Positions 63,598-64,000 of a stretch of DNA of 64,000 bases are shown piece after piece (positions within the stretch are counted from its first letter, which is position 1; every line of letters begins with the position of its first letter). The translations under genes and the position numbers were made by a program. Source of the DNA: a virus (lineage: Duplodnaviria; Caudoviricetes); IMG/VR virus record IMGVR_UViG_3300046167_000724; one strand, 5' to 3'. The notes under the pieces are model-generated. The model saw nothing but the letters and a program-made list of their open reading frames with translations. It did not search any database and was not told the DNA's origin.

Positions 63598-64000
63598 ATG
63601 GCATTAAATAGTCATGTATATACAATACTCGAACCTAGCATTAAACTAGACGAGATGAAATTACCAGGTGCTGGTGAAAGACATACAGGTGATGGCTTTT
63701 CTGACATGAGTGGTGGTCCCGAACCATACATAAAAGTTAATGATTATCCATTTGCGCCAAAAGACATATTAAAATTTACATTAGACTTAAATAGTAAATA
63801 TCCAGAAGTAACTGCAATGCTTTCTGATAGCCAGAACTTTTTTACAGTTGATAGGTTTCCAAGAGATGGTGATTTATTAAATATTAGAATACAACTGGAT
63901 GAGGCTGGTACATATAAAGATATCAGAATGGACTTTACTATTTTAGAATTCAGGGGACTACCAGCATCATCAACTGAAAAAGTAGATGGTGGTCAAATTT
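63598..64000 (+). CDS. Putative baseplate hub protein (3'-truncated by window edge)
   Basis: ATG 63598 open to the end; P.IK.N.Y...FP.DGD pattern after the gp53-like gene. Confidence 0.45.
   Translation, partial: MALNSHVYTILEPSIKLDEMKLPGAGERHTGDGFSDMSGGPEPYIKVNDYPFAPKDILKFTLDLNSKYPEVTAMLSDSQNFFTVDRFPRDGDLLNIRIQLDEAGTYKDIRMDFTILEFRGLPASSTEKVDGGQI

Noticed and set aside
1-64000. Stop-codon reassignment, as in some large Bacteroidota phages
   Set aside because: Conserved genes (glmS, clpC, clpP, uvsE) are full length in code 11, and TAG and TGA end credible genes
1-64000. tRNA, rRNA or tmRNA genes
   Set aside because: No cloverleaf or T-loop GTTCGA context seen in the intergenic gaps; a tRNAscan-SE run would be needed to be certain
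1-64000. Bacterial chromosome or integrated prophage
   Set aside because: No host housekeeping synteny, integrase or att site; host-like genes are interleaved with T4-like structural genes and phage promoter repeats

Overview
The whole window reads as part of a large, AT-rich, lytic T4-like/jumbo myophage genome, most likely infecting Bacteroidota (Flavobacteriia-like). The host call is an inference from the ClpP/ClpC/LOG sequence style, lipoproteins, A-rich start regions without Shine-Dalgarno sites, and a TAnnTTT-type promoter. The standard genetic code fits, and I saw no tRNA, rRNA, CRISPR array or integrase. Layout: (1) 1-4.3 kb, sugar/methyl-modification genes (FkbM, Methyltransf_24, NAD-dependent epimerase, glmS). 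(2) 5-15.7 kb and 54-58 kb, two clusters of proteins sharing an N-terminal MKx(I/V)KLFE(E/S/A)F(I/V)NE tag that resembles the T4 internal-protein capsid-targeting sequence; these are candidate packaged and injected effectors (kinase, HAD phosphatase, GNAT, Zn-peptidase, possible nuclease). (3) 16.7-27.8 kb, a 2680-aa Pro-poor Gly-X-Y (GTS/GSS/GTD) collagen-like fibre plus LamG-type fibre/adhesin genes. (4) 28.9-39.2 kb, a divergent array of small early genes, most preceded by the same 45-80 bp promoter-like repeat (about 20 copies in the window), with two unusual non-coding blocks at 33.8-34.3 kb and 39.2-39.9 kb. (5) 40.7-54 kb, host-takeover and nucleotide genes (thermonuclease, LOG, RNase H-like, ClpC, ClpP, a thymidylate synthase-like enzyme with a dCMP-type Asp, Dam-like methylase, deoxyribonucleotidase, UvsE). 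(6) 58-64 kb, dCMP deaminase, hypothetical genes and the start of a baseplate module. Three distinct recurring promoter-like motifs and a 150-nt structured intergenic RNA candidate are visible. All family calls are from motif recognition by eye; no searches were run.
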